DNA of 64,000 bases from a virus. The position numbers and the translations under genes are program-made. The notes under the pieces were generated by a model. That model was given only the letters and a program-made list of their open reading frames with translations, did not search any database and was not told the origin of the DNA. The stretch spans positions 32,600 to 96,599 of IMG/VR virus record IMGVR_UViG_3300047483_000537, one strand, 5' to 3'. This document shows, piece by piece, positions 9,363 through 19,823 of this stretch (the first letter of the stretch is position 1; each line of letters begins with the position of its first letter).

Positions 9363-10121
9363 TTACGATTTTATTAATCGTATTACCCTCCAACTTACAT
9401 CCAGCTCCCACCATTTTTCACCAAAATTGGGTCTGCCAGGAAACCGGTGATGATTATTATGCCAGCCTTCGCCCCACGAGAAAAAAGCCAATAAAGGATT
9501 ATTTCTACTATCGTCGGAGGTTGCATATCGTTGCATACCGTAAGTGTGTCCAAAAAAGTTAGCTGCAGCGCTGCCTAAAAAAACAAATGCCACTGGTACA
9601 AAGTGTCCAAAGATTACGCCGTTGAGTCCAAATAGCGCATACAAAGCCAGCACCCACACAATATGCAATGCTAAAAAATACTTGTGTAGTATGCGATAAA
9701 ACGGATCACGAAGCATTCTAAATACGGTTTTGCTGCGCGTTTTTTCGGAAGTTTTATAATTAAGCATCCACATATTTAGCGCACCGTTTTTAGGCGAATG
9801 AGGATCGCGGCTAGTATCAGAAAACTTATGATGATTGATGTGTTCAGCAACCCAGGAAATTGCACTACCAGTACCTGCCAAATGACCAAAAAACGCAAAC
9901 ACGCGCTCTTTCCAAATAGACATTTTAAAACTATTGTGGGTAAGGTACCTGTGAAAAGTTACTGCAATACCTAAACATCCATATAAAAAGTAAAGCGCTA
10001 CTGCAAGTGCCCAATGTGCTGCAGAGCCTCCTTGGTACAAAGCGTACGCAAGCATTGCAGTAGAGATCGCCCCAACAATCCTAAACTTTACAGGGGTCAT
10101 TGTAAAAAATGAATTAATCAT
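9363..10121 (-). CDS. membrane fatty-acid desaturase (delta-9-like)
   Basis: Three His boxes HRYLTH, HINHH and GEGWHNNHH, plus DPHSP and TM segments. Confidence 0.93.
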   Translation of the reverse strand: MINSFFTMTPVKFRIVGAISTAMLAYALYQGGSAAHWALAVALYFLYGCLGIAVTFHRYLTHNSFKMSIWKERVFAFFGHLAGTGSAISWVAEHINHHKFSDTSRDPHSPKNGALNMWMLNYKTSEKTRSKTVFRMLRDPFYRILHKYFLALHIVWVLALYALFGLNGVIFGHFVPVAFVFLGSAAANFFGHTYGMQRYATSDDSRNNPLLAFFSWGEGWHNNHHRFPGRPNFGEKWWELDVSWRVIRLIKS

Positions 10122-10801
10122 TTGGTTCTCTTTATAAGATGATCTCGAATCATATCTCTGGCTTGGGCTTTTGTTTCTGGAGTTTTGATATTTAACTTTT
10201 TTACTGCTGCTTGTCGACGAGCTAACTTTTCCTTGAACACAGCATCTACAACTGTCCAGACCATAGTGCGATTTTTACCATAAGGCGTATCTGCACTGTC
10301 TCCACGCTGTAAGTATTCAGAAAAGTTCATGGTCTGTGGAACTTTGTAGCAAACACCATTGTTTTGATTTTTGCAAGTTTCACAGATTGTGGTATGTGGT
10401 TTTACATAAAACCGCCAGTTAGCCTTGCGAAAGCCATGCATAAACAGTGTAGTAGTACCAAGGCTTACACCGGTAAGTCTGTGAGTCTGTTTGTAACTTA
10501 AACGCGCAAAGTTCCACTTTTTTGTAGTACGTTGTTCCGTATAGTTAATACTTTCGGTATACTCACCTTGAAGTAGTAAACTAACACTATTCCAAGGATG
10601 GCTATGCTCGTCTTCACCATCAGGTTCTGAACTTTTAAAAATATGTATATAAGCGTTTGGTAAGTAGTCTAACCATCTTGGATTATCCATGCGATCGCGG
10701 TATAAAAGATAGTATCTATGCCAGTAAACTTTCCCATAGGCATCAACAAGTGCCTCATGCCTGCCAAGTTTTTCAAGCAGCATTAATAAAAATTTAAGCA
10801 T
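10118..10801 (-). CDS. cupin-like metal-binding protein
   Basis: HIF...EHSHPWNSVSLLLQGEYTE...THRL pattern; CETC motif. Confidence 0.55.
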   Translation of the reverse strand: MLKFLLMLLEKLGRHEALVDAYGKVYWHRYYLLYRDRMDNPRWLDYLPNAYIHIFKSSEPDGEDEHSHPWNSVSLLLQGEYTESINYTEQRTTKKWNFARLSYKQTHRLTGVSLGTTTLFMHGFRKANWRFYVKPHTTICETCKNQNNGVCYKVPQTMNFSEYLQRGDSADTPYGKNRTMVWTVVDAVFKEKLARRQAAVKKLNIKTPETKAQARDMIRDHLIKRTK

Positions 10802-10803
10802 AT

Positions 10804-11310
10804 TTATTCTAAAAACGCAAAACCATATACATTGTTAAAAGCAACAATTTCAATAGCAGAATTACTGGTTTGTAAGCAACCTGGAGTGGTCACTGCTTGA
10901 CCATTTACTGTGGCAGTACCGTCACATAAAAACAGTTTGCTGCCAACTGGAAAGGATTGTGAAGCTCCGGCAGCTATATTAATAGGCAGTACATTTGGCA
11001 ACTGTTTTTGATTAAAAACATAGTTAATACACCACCACTGTGTATTTCCTACTGCAGTAAATTTAAACTGCCCTTGTCTGATAGGGTTTAAGTTTTGACT
11101 GAACGTACCTGGCGGTCTATCAAGAACAGGCAAGTTATCTGTTATAGCTTCACCTATTAATAATCCTTTAGTGTATAAAGTAATATTAGCTGCTTCTGTA
11201 CGAGAACCAGTTTTGCTTGTTGTAACAAGAAATGAATACCCATCCAGACACTCTGCTTTATGCACTTTCCAATCAAATGCTTTGTAAACGGTGTATACAA
11301 TATTAGACAT
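10804..11310 (-). CDS. hypothetical protein
   Basis: 168-aa ORF tightly coupled to its neighbours. Confidence 0.7.
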   Translation of the reverse strand: MSNIVYTVYKAFDWKVHKAECLDGYSFLVTTSKTGSRTEAANITLYTKGLLIGEAITDNLPVLDRPPGTFSQNLNPIRQGQFKFTAVGNTQWWCINYVFNQKQLPNVLPINIAAGASQSFPVGSKLFLCDGTATVNGQAVTTPGCLQTSNSAIEIVAFNNVYGFAFLE

Positions 11311-11612
11311 TACACGTCCGTTATAGTAAGATTAATTACACTAGAAGAATCATCTGGTTGAACAACTGCTGGAACTACTGTTGCAGCAACTGTGCCTGTT
11401 ATGCCTATACTAGGTACGACTACCGGCTGTGAAAGCTCTTGCCAGTAAGCGACGGGAGCATACATCTGGATAACTGCTTCAAGAGTTTCTCCTTCGTATG
11501 GCAACCTTGTTCCAATATGCATAGTTGGATGTCCCGTGGCAGAGTATACAACCTCCATGCAACGGGCTGTTGGATCGACTGAAATAATTTCGTATGTGTA
11601 TTCAATGCTCAT
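11310..11612 (-). CDS. hypothetical tail-fibre-associated protein
   Basis: Start MSIEYTYEI overlaps the adhesin stop (ATGA). Confidence 0.65.
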   Translation of the reverse strand: MSIEYTYEIISVDPTARCMEVVYSATGHPTMHIGTRLPYEGETLEAVIQMYAPVAYWQELSQPVVVPSIGITGTVAATVVPAVVQPDDSSSVINLTITDV

Positions 11613-12547
11613 GCAATTGCTCCTAAGCGTGTTCCTGTGGCAAGCCACGTAATGTTTGCGTTACCAGCTACGGCAGCACCTGCACCACCGCCACTGCCTC
11701 CAGCTGTTACTGGATAGCTTGGTCCAGCACCACTTGCACCAGCCGAGCCAGCTGCACCCCAACCGCCGCCAGCTCCACCAGCACCACCTTGATACTGAGA
11801 GTTAGGTGCAGCACCAGATTGGCCACCACTACCAGCTGCAGTAGTTGTTCCAGAGCCGCCTGCGGTAGCTGATCTAGATTGTGATCCATATGAGTTACCA
11901 GCAGGACCGCCTGTGGAACCAGTGCTGCCGCTGCGGCCACCGCCACCACCACCACCGCCCCAGCCGAATGAGGCCGGATTGTTTTTGTCACCAAGTTCGT
12001 AAACTTGGCCACCACCACCGCCACCGCCACCACCACCACCTATTGTTCCGTTGTTTCGTATTGCAACAGCCACAGAAGCAATCAATGCACGTCCACCAGT
12101 TGCACCGGCACCACCAACAGAACCTTGTGTCATACCTGCAGCACCGTTGCCGCCGAAACCACCCATACCAACGATAAATCCGTTGTTTACAAGTTCTACA
12201 CCATTAGGAAACGATCCGTTAATGGTCAGAGCTGTAGTTCCAGTATTACTACTACTAATATAAACACCACTGTTTATAGTAGCAACAACCTTAGTAGACT
12301 GATTCCAGCCAGCATTTACTGCTAGTGTACGCAGGTTTGCCGCAGTTTGATTAGCGGATATAGTAAATGCAAATTGGTTGACTTTGCCATAACCACTTTG
12401 CATTGAAATAGTGGTTGTAGGGTTTGAGACTCCCAAAAACAAAACACGAACCGCTGGATCGTTCATGCTGATTGCAGCAGTAGCAGAACGCCCCAGTTCA
12501 ACGTTGACCTGAGACAGCGAAATTGCACCGGATGCTGGTAATGCCAT
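11609..12547 (-). CDS. glycine-rich tail-fibre tip adhesin (T-even gp38-like)
   Basis: Poly-Gly blocks (IGGGGGGGGGGG, WGGGGGGGG), C-terminal ITWLATGTRLGAIA; follows the long fibre gene. Confidence 0.75.
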   Translation of the reverse strand: MALPASGAISLSQVNVELGRSATAAISMNDPAVRVLFLGVSNPTTTISMQSGYGKVNQFAFTISANQTAANLRTLAVNAGWNQSTKVVATINSGVYISSSNTGTTALTINGSFPNGVELVNNGFIVGMGGFGGNGAAGMTQGSVGGAGATGGRALIASVAVAIRNNGTIGGGGGGGGGGGQVYELGDKNNPASFGWGGGGGGGGRSGSTGSTGGPAGNSYGSQSRSATAGGSGTTTAAGSGGQSGAAPNSQYQGGAGGAGGGWGAAGSAGASGAGPSYPVTAGGSGGGAGAAVAGNANITWLATGTRLGAIA

Positions 12548-12570
12548 ATATAAATCCTTATAGCTTAAAT

Positions 12571-12593
12571 AAAAGCGGCACTAGGCCGCTTTT
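12571..12593. terminator. intrinsic terminator
   Basis: AAAAGCGGC-ACTAG-GCCGCTTTT. Confidence 0.8.
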
Positions 12594-12597
12594 GTAA

Positions 12598-12993
12598 TTA
12601 GGCTGCGGGAGCCTCTGGTGCTGCGGGCACTTCTGCAACCGGTGCCCAAGGCATTGTGGTTGAGGTTAGTGCAGCTTTGGCTACTTCACGATCAAGTACC
12701 AGCTGAATATGTGCTTTGATACCTGGAATACGTGTTTCGTGAGCTTCAATCCACGCAATTACTTGCGCTTCTGTTAAACTAGCTAGTGGCACAAATCCCT
12801 CCGATTGAGGGTCGGGTACTGTGGTAGACTGAGGCAGTTCAAATGTTTGATCTGCTTCTGTACCTTTCATAGTCCACTCTACTTGTTTAACCGCATTTTC
12901 AATGCCGTTAATGGTAGCTGTACGTAAACCAGTTACTTTGATTGTGAATGTTGCAGTAAAATCACTTGGTTGTGGTGCTGCTTCGATTGTCAT
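12598..12993 (-). CDS. probable tail-fibre assembly protein
   Basis: Position after the fibre gene; FVPLASLTEAQVIAWI and terminal MPW pattern. Confidence 0.55.
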   Translation of the reverse strand: MTIEAAPQPSDFTATFTIKVTGLRTATINGIENAVKQVEWTMKGTEADQTFELPQSTTVPDPQSEGFVPLASLTEAQVIAWIEAHETRIPGIKAHIQLVLDREVAKAALTSTTMPWAPVAEVPAAPEAPAA

Positions 12994-12995
12994 GT

Positions 12996-15900
12996 TTATT
13001 CCTTGTTTAGGAGTTGTTCAATAAGTGATTCTAAGCGCTCAATACGAGCACGAAGTTCAACGTTGTCTTTGGCTAGCTCTACGGCTGAGGCGAGTGCTGC
13101 ATTACCATACGAAACGGATAATGTCTGCATGTCATCTTTGGCAGTCATAATTGCTTGTGGAAGCAATTGTTGAAATGACTGTGCACTAACACCAACTTGT
13201 GTACTATCTTCCTCATCTAAGCGATCATAAATACCAACTTTGACTTTGGCTAAACGAGCCACATAGTTCTCTGGCATTGAACGCCAGTTGGTTTTTAAAC
13301 GCTCATCTGAATATGCAGTAATGTTTCCTGATGCAACAATCGAATTAGATATAGCACATTTGAAAACGCCGTTGTTGATGACAAGCAAACCGTGGTCGGT
13401 TAAGTTACCAGCAGCACCGCCAGCGTTGGGATGTGACCACGCCAAGCCATATAAACTACCCGTTGTTGTACCATCTGCAGGCAACTTGTAACTGTCACCC
13501 ATGGCAAACACGCCTTGATAACGTGTAGATGCATAAGCACCAACAATACCACAACCATAGTTGTCATCAATATAGAAGTTACCATTAGCACGGTTAGACC
13601 TGCCAGACAGCGCTACATAACAAGCAGCATGGTAGTTGTCGTTGTAGTAGCCGCGCAAAGACCAATAACCGCTGGCATCTGAACTCCACGTTGTCTGAAC
13701 GTTGTAACCACTATCATCTTCGTTGCGATACAGCTTGGTGACGCCCGGGCGGTTTCCACTAGTACGTGCAGTTGCATAGCTTGTGTAGTTACCTGCGTGC
13801 AACATTACGCTGTTATTTACGTACCAGTCTTGGTTTGTATAAAACGCCTTGTCGGAATAAACGTGCGTCCAACTACTATTCTGAGCACCAAAATTAACCC
13901 AACCATAAGCGGTGGTAATCCGGAGCCCAGTGCCATCACCTTGACTTAGTTTTAAGTTGCTATTGGCTAGTTGCAGACTATTATTTATTACTACATCTGA
14001 ACCACCAGCATGACCACCAATAGTCATCAATAACGCTTCGCCGCCGTCGCCATTACCGTCGTTGTTAGCGTCAGTGGTTGGTGAGTTGTTGTAGAAGCGG
14101 ATACCAGAATAAGCAGCACCAATACGAATACCAGTGTGGTATCCAATAATCAAGTCAGAGTAGTGTGGATGTGACCAACCACCGTTGGCATAGTCCTTGC
14201 CCATTGAATAATGGCTAGAGCCAAAACTATGTCCGCCACCACCAGAAAGAAAGTTAGTTCTAAGATCACCAACTGTTCCGCCGCTTAAGGGTAGAGCATA
14301 TGAGCTGTAGTTACCTGCGTGTAATACTAAGTGTGAACTATCAGTTGCATAAAAGTTACCGTCAGCGTATACACTAACAACACCGCTAGTAGACGAGAAG
14401 CCAAATCTGTAATCACCACCATTAAACTGGTACCCGTGGTAACCAGCACCACCAGCCCAAGAGTTGTTGGTAATAGTATGACCTGAACCTCCCAGATTAA
14501 GGTTGATACTCCAAGTACCTGAAGCCCCACCACCTGTTAATGTGGGTGCCCAAGTATTGTAGTTATGATCAGTTAATATGCGTTTCCATGACATCCAAGA
14601 ACCAGCATCACCATTACGGCTACGGATCGAAAATTCGTGGCCACTATATTGACCATTGATCTGCATATCATAACCGCCAGCTGGCGCACTAAATAATGGG
14701 CCAGTCCATGGCGCATTATTAGAGTATGTAAACGATGAACGTAACCAACTACCGCCTAAGAAAGTATTCGCATCTGCTCCTGGCGAACCTGGCCAACCTG
14801 TATAAGGGATTTGAACGTAATTGCTCCAATTACTTGCAGTCAATAAGCTCAGCTGATTAATAACATGAGACTTTGACGACTTGCGTGACCACCCATCACC
14901 ATTGCTGGTGATAAAAGAGTTGATTGTGGGGTTTTCGGTTTCGCCGGTGCTAAAGTTAACATGGTTGGCATAGATATATCCATTACCATCGCGCTGAACA
15001 ATGTGACTGCCAGTGACACCACTAGACCATGTTGGGAAATAACTAGTGTAGTTGTTTGCAGTTAAAACTTCCGACCAACCGTTCCAAACCCCTGTACTAC
15101 TGCGCGATCTAATCGCCATTCTATTGGTAGGGTCTGTGTCCACCCAAATTTGAGCACCATAAACAGACGTGGTATTAGCCCACGACATACCAATAATATG
15201 TCCATCATTACCGCTTGGACCTGTTGCCAGAGTATGTATTAAGGAGTTTCCTGTGCCTGGCATTGCTGTAGCAGCATCACCACTAACAACAGTTGCAGCA
15301 TTTGGGCTATATAGGTTTGTTGTAGCTGTAGCAGCAACTGACCCTGCAGAACCAGTAATATTAATAGGCCAAGTGCCTGAAGCATTGCCCCCGGTTAGGG
15401 TTGGTGAATAGCTGTTATAATTACCGGCATGTAGAACTTGATTGCCTGCTTGCTGAAGTGCAACTAATGAATTAACTACACTACCTATGGATAATGCTTT
15501 AGTATTGCCTGAAACAAAACTAAAAGTACCACCACTACTGCCGCTTGACTGAAATTGAATATTTGTTGCAGAAACTGCTGGAGTAGCGGTTCCGTCGGTA
15601 TCATAACCAGCGCGAACCCATAAAGACTGTGTACCTGTAGATGTATTTATACGTAAACCAGTTGCAGCTCCAGTAGCAATGGTTAACTCGCCAGTTAATG
15701 TTCCGCCACTTAGTGGTAAATAACTGTGAGTATGGGATGCAGGTGGATATGTATAACTATCTTTGTTCCCTGCATGAATCAAAGCACGCTGGGCTGTGCC
15801 ATCATAAAAAGACCCACCACCATAGATATATGTGCTACCTGTGCCTTTGATATAAGTACCAAGACCGCTAGTGGCGTTGTAACCAACAGTATCTGACTGA

Positions 15901-16853
15901 CCAGCAAAGTTAATTACCGATCCAGTATTAATACTTAGGTTACCTGTTAATGTACCACCACTTAATGGAAGCGCATAACTGCTGATATTACTTGCGTGAA
16001 GTACAATACTGTTGTTAACACGTACATTCCACGAAACGTCATCAGAGCGGAAGTTAAAATACGCAGCATCTGAGGTTGTGTTAACGTATTCTAAAATTGA
16101 TGTTGAAATATTTGGGTTGTGAAATACAACACCAGATTTATTGGTAGCACCGCCTGCTCCGGCTACAATTTCCAAGTAACCGTCATGTGCTGCAATTACC
16201 GCATTAGGAGCACCTGCTGGAGATCCACCAACGGTAAGTGCACGACCGCCTACGTTAACAATTGTTCTACCTGTTAGTGTACCGCCGCTTAAGGGCAAGT
16301 AGTCGTGCGTGTGCGAAGTAGAGGCAGCGTAGCTACCAACGTTACCTGCATGAACCGCTACATTGCCGTTAATAAGTAAGTTCTGAGGAGCATTTGTATA
16401 GTTATAGTGAAATAACTCAAGGTTCTCAGTTGCAGAGTTGTGATAAAGTTCCCATGCACCGTCTAAATAAACACTACTTGAGACGCTAAGATTAGACGTA
16501 TTAACTTGCTCAGTTTGAGTACTATAAGCAGTAAGAATATTGAATGGTAAACTTACGTCGCCAGTTAAACTACCGCCAGCTAGGGGTAAATAACTTGTAG
16601 TGTTACTTAGTGGGGTAAAGCCCAAAGCACCTGTGACGTCACCAGAGCTTAGTGTAACCGCACCGGTACGAGTGTTAAAGCTAGCCACTCCTGCTGCGCT
16701 GCCACCTATTTCAACAACAGCATCTGTACCATTGTTTCTTTTTAAAAACAGCTTGCCATCAAAGGTGTTGATGGCAAGCTCGCCTAAGGCAAGGTCACTG
16801 GTTGTGGGTACACGACCAGTTACATTGCTGCGCTTTATTTTTATTTCTGCCAT
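12996..16853 (-). CDS. long tail fibre with C-terminal intramolecular chaperone (peptidase S74-like)
   Basis: N-terminal LALGELAINTFDGKLF, repeated YLPLSGGTLTG and VLHAGNY, YSDERLK cleavage motif, terminal coiled coil. Confidence 0.88.
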   Translation of the reverse strand: MAEIKIKRSNVTGRVPTTSDLALGELAINTFDGKLFLKRNNGTDAVVEIGGSAAGVASFNTRTGAVTLSSGDVTGALGFTPLSNTTSYLPLAGGSLTGDVSLPFNILTAYSTQTEQVNTSNLSVSSSVYLDGAWELYHNSATENLELFHYNYTNAPQNLLINGNVAVHAGNVGSYAASTSHTHDYLPLSGGTLTGRTIVNVGGRALTVGGSPAGAPNAVIAAHDGYLEIVAGAGGATNKSGVVFHNPNISTSILEYVNTTSDAAYFNFRSDDVSWNVRVNNSIVLHASNISSYALPLSGGTLTGNLSINTGSVINFAGQSDTVGYNATSGLGTYIKGTGSTYIYGGGSFYDGTAQRALIHAGNKDSYTYPPASHTHSYLPLSGGTLTGELTIATGAATGLRINTSTGTQSLWVRAGYDTDGTATPAVSATNIQFQSSGSSGGTFSFVSGNTKALSIGSVVNSLVALQQAGNQVLHAGNYNSYSPTLTGGNASGTWPINITGSAGSVAATATTNLYSPNAATVVSGDAATAMPGTGNSLIHTLATGPSGNDGHIIGMSWANTTSVYGAQIWVDTDPTNRMAIRSRSSTGVWNGWSEVLTANNYTSYFPTWSSGVTGSHIVQRDGNGYIYANHVNFSTGETENPTINSFITSNGDGWSRKSSKSHVINQLSLLTASNWSNYVQIPYTGWPGSPGADANTFLGGSWLRSSFTYSNNAPWTGPLFSAPAGGYDMQINGQYSGHEFSIRSRNGDAGSWMSWKRILTDHNYNTWAPTLTGGGASGTWSINLNLGGSGHTITNNSWAGGAGYHGYQFNGGDYRFGFSSTSGVVSVYADGNFYATDSSHLVLHAGNYSSYALPLSGGTVGDLRTNFLSGGGGHSFGSSHYSMGKDYANGGWSHPHYSDLIIGYHTGIRIGAAYSGIRFYNNSPTTDANNDGNGDGGEALLMTIGGHAGGSDVVINNSLQLANSNLKLSQGDGTGLRITTAYGWVNFGAQNSSWTHVYSDKAFYTNQDWYVNNSVMLHAGNYTSYATARTSGNRPGVTKLYRNEDDSGYNVQTTWSSDASGYWSLRGYYNDNYHAACYVALSGRSNRANGNFYIDDNYGCGIVGAYASTRYQGVFAMGDSYKLPADGTTTGSLYGLAWSHPNAGGAAGNLTDHGLLVINNGVFKCAISNSIVASGNITAYSDERLKTNWRSMPENYVARLAKVKVGIYDRLDEEDSTQVGVSAQSFQQLLPQAIMTAKDDMQTLSVSYGNAALASAVELAKDNVELRARIERLESLIEQLLNKE

Positions 16854-16891
16854 ATGGCTACCTTTCGTGCTTATATAAGCAGGTGTCTATA

Positions 16892-18214
16892 TTAGTAAGT
16901 TCCGCCGTCTACTGCTGTAATTGATACTAAACCATTAACAACTGAAAAATTAGTGTTTACAAAACTTGCTAAACCTTTTACAATACTTGTTGCAATAGGT
17001 ATTGCGGTACTACCTGCTGCGGTAATTAAACCTTTTGCATTGACTGTGAAATTAGGTACAGTTACTGAGTCACCAAAACTTCCAACATTGCTGTTAACTG
17101 TTGCAAGAGTACCTACACCAGTTACGTTTGCACTACCGTCTAAACTAGCGGAAGTGTAGCTAATATCTCCAGTAATTGCAACGGTACGGCCAGTAGCCCA
17201 CTTAGTAGCTGTAGCAGCATTACCATTTAACGCACCATGTACTGTAGATACCACTAAGTCTTTGTTAAAGTTCCAACGGTCGTTAGCGCTTGTGTATGTT
17301 AAAGTTGCCCCTGCTCCAGCAACAGTTAAACCAGCACCTTCGGCAGCGGCAGCGTTAGCTGCATCTTTTGCTAGTGTAATATTAATATCTGCTACTGCAA
17401 CGGCTGTTGAGTTGACTGTTGTTGTAGTACCTTGTACTGTTAAGTTACCTGTGATAACAGCGTTACCGTCAACACTAATATTTGCGGCAGTAATGTCATC
17501 AGAAGTTAAGGTTCCGTTTACTGTAACATTGTTAAAAGTTACGTTGTCTGTTGTACCAACCGCTTGACCGATAGCAAAACTAACTTGATTATTTGTAACT
17601 GTGGTAGCAACACCAATACCACCGGCAAATGTTAGCGTATCTGTTCCAAGTGCAACAGCATCACTGCCTGTTCCACCAGCAATATTCAAGCTAGTTGAAA
17701 TAGAGGCTGTTGTAACGCCAGTCACTAAGCCTTTGGCATTTACAGTTACCACAGGGATTTGTGTTGTACTACCAAAAGTACCTACGTTGCTGTTAACTGT
17801 AGCCAATGTAATTGCTGTACTTAAATTCTGAGTACCATCAACACCGGTAAAAGTAGCAGTCGCATCACCAGTTAGTGCTAAACTACGTGCATTTAGCCAT
17901 GCAGTAGCTGTTGAAGCATTACCAGTTACATCGCCGGTAATATCTAAGAAAACGCTGCCTGCATTGTCTCGACGAACAATAGTATTAGCAGTATTTAAAT
18001 TTGTAGCTGCGTCAACTAAATCAGTATAACGCTTACCACCAATTACAACGTGATTAACTGCATTACCTGCAGTCTCGGTTCCCATACCAATGTATAAACG
18101 GTCGCCTCCGTTGGATCCGTTGTCAGCAAGTGCCGTATAAGCTAACTCACCAGCACCTAATACAGCTGGGTTACCACTAACCTCACTGCGCTTAATTCTT
18201 AAAATAGAAGCCAT
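16892..18214 (-). CDS. tail fibre / proximal fibre protein
   Basis: LGAGELAY N-terminus, duplicated LATVNSNVG...TVNAKGL repeats, Thr/Gly/Ala-rich. Confidence 0.75.
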   Translation of the reverse strand: MASILRIKRSEVSGNPAVLGAGELAYTALADNGSNGGDRLYIGMGTETAGNAVNHVVIGGKRYTDLVDAATNLNTANTIVRRDNAGSVFLDITGDVTGNASTATAWLNARSLALTGDATATFTGVDGTQNLSTAITLATVNSNVGTFGSTTQIPVVTVNAKGLVTGVTTASISTSLNIAGGTGSDAVALGTDTLTFAGGIGVATTVTNNQVSFAIGQAVGTTDNVTFNNVTVNGTLTSDDITAANISVDGNAVITGNLTVQGTTTTVNSTAVAVADINITLAKDAANAAAAEGAGLTVAGAGATLTYTSANDRWNFNKDLVVSTVHGALNGNAATATKWATGRTVAITGDISYTSASLDGSANVTGVGTLATVNSNVGSFGDSVTVPNFTVNAKGLITAAGSTAIPIATSIVKGLASFVNTNFSVVNGLVSITAVDGGTY

Positions 18215-18225
18215 GTTCTTTTCCT

Positions 18226-18462
18226 TTAAAATTGTCCTGACTCAACAATTTGTTGGTCTAAGAGTGTGGTTGCGGTCCATTTTTGTGTTTGATTATTGTA
18301 TACTAATAAGGACCCTTGACCTAGCTGAGCTAGATCTATATCTTGTAATTGTGCGAAGCTAGACGCACCTCTTGGGCCCAGTAGCCCAGTTACAACTGTT
18401 TGAGGACGTGAATCTTCAACAACAACTGTTTGACCTTGCTCAGTTACTACTACTCTGGTCAT
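18226..18462 (-). CDS. small virion protein
   Basis: 78-aa ORF in the tail module with LLVYNNQTQKW. Confidence 0.55.
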   Translation of the reverse strand: MTRVVVTEQGQTVVVEDSRPQTVVTGLLGPRGASSFAQLQDIDLAQLGQGSLLVYNNQTQKWTATTLLDQQIVESGQF

Positions 18463-19355
18463 CTTGTAACCTCCTGAACCAGTGTTAAGTTACCTGTTAA
18501 GAACGGAACAACTAAGCCTCCGGCTTCATAGAGTTCTAAGCTGTAAACAGCTGTTGCAAAATCAAAAGTTTGAGTAACTGCTGCAGGAATTGTAATAGTT
18601 ATAGAATTTAACTCTAAGTCTATGATAATATGACCACCTGGACCGCTAGTAGTGGAGTATATAACATCTTCGCTGTCAGAAGTCTCCCGTATCTGCATAC
18701 GAGCACTATAACTAATTAAAGGCACTGGCTGATTGTACTCAACAACGCCACCATTTGTATAAGCAGTATATTGAAGACTATTTACTTGGTTGATTTCAAT
18801 CTTGTTTGCTGCTGCAGCTTGTGCTGCGGCAACAGTTGCCTGATTAGCTGTAACTGCATTTTGCCAGGTCGTATAGGAATTATTTAAATTGTGCAATGTC
18901 GGCGCAAAGTTACTTGGCACTGGAGGGCTTATTTGTTGGCCACTTGACATTATTAGCTGATAAGTTGCTACTGGTGTTAAGTTTACCCAAGGTCTGATTG
19001 TTGGGGCGACAATTTGAGCATCTTGAATTTTCATTTCGTTCCAAATGTCAAGTTGCCCAAGATAAATCTCTTCTAGTTCTTGCACATCTATAAGTGTTGG
19101 TGCAACAGCACTATAAGCTGTAGACAAATAATATGTTTCACCTACATTATTAAGCTCTTTCATACCGCCAGCACCTACTACTCTAAACCTCCAACCTAAT
19201 GGAAGGTTGTGGTTTACTGTGGTACTTATAACACAAGGAGCGCTTTTTTGAATAGCCTGAATTGGAACATAAACTTTTGTTTCTGATTCCCAACGATAGC
19301 TTTCTTGAAACGTACTGCCTTGGTAAATTTTATAATTTATTTTAGCTGGTTGCAT
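18459..19355 (-). CDS. virion structural protein
   Basis: Likely start MQPAKINYKIYQGSTF; C-terminal YSARMQIR...AVYSLEL...GNLTLVQEVTR. Confidence 0.6.
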   Translation of the reverse strand: MQPAKINYKIYQGSTFQESYRWESETKVYVPIQAIQKSAPCVISTTVNHNLPLGWRFRVVGAGGMKELNNVGETYYLSTAYSAVAPTLIDVQELEEIYLGQLDIWNEMKIQDAQIVAPTIRPWVNLTPVATYQLIMSSGQQISPPVPSNFAPTLHNLNNSYTTWQNAVTANQATVAAAQAAAANKIEINQVNSLQYTAYTNGGVVEYNQPVPLISYSARMQIRETSDSEDVIYSTTSGPGGHIIIDLELNSITITIPAAVTQTFDFATAVYSLELYEAGGLVVPFLTGNLTLVQEVTR

Positions 19356-19356
19356 T

Positions 19357-19698
19357 TTAACCACCTCTCTTTGTGGCAGATAGCTGCTTGAACTTTACTA
19401 CTTCTTGAGTTAAGGCCGCTACTTCAGTTCGTAGATGTTGGTTTTCTACAGTTAATTTTTGTAGTTCACTATTTAATGCTATTACTTCTGAATGTAGCCT
19501 ACCCAATTCAATGCTAAGCTTTGTATTTTGCTGACTCATACGCTCCAATTCTGTATGCATGAGCGTTATAATACTAGTCTCTGCTTCGGTACTTCGCCAA
19601 TTTTTTAATATTTTTTGCGCACCTATAAAAACAGCCATTACTGCGATTGCAATTAGGCTAATAGCTTGTAGGCTTTGCTCAAAACTAGATTCTAACAT
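19357..19698 (-). CDS. single-TM coiled-coil protein (holin candidate)
   Basis: One TM segment then a coiled coil; has its own upstream promoter. Confidence 0.4.
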   Translation of the reverse strand: MLESSFEQSLQAISLIAIAVMAVFIGAQKILKNWRSTEAETSIITLMHTELERMSQQNTKLSIELGRLHSEVIALNSELQKLTVENQHLRTEVAALTQEVVKFKQLSATKRGG

Positions 19699-19823
19699 AA
19701 ACTAATTCTCCCCGTTTTATAGTGGATATAAACTACTTAGCCACTAACTTTATTTAACTGATTGTAATATAGCGCAATCCCTATTTGAACTTAAAAGTTG
19801 GGAGACTACAGACATTTTGGTAT

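Noticed and set aside
12996-16853. Diversity-generating retroelement acting on the tail fibre
   Set aside because: No reverse transcriptase and no template/variable repeat pair seen
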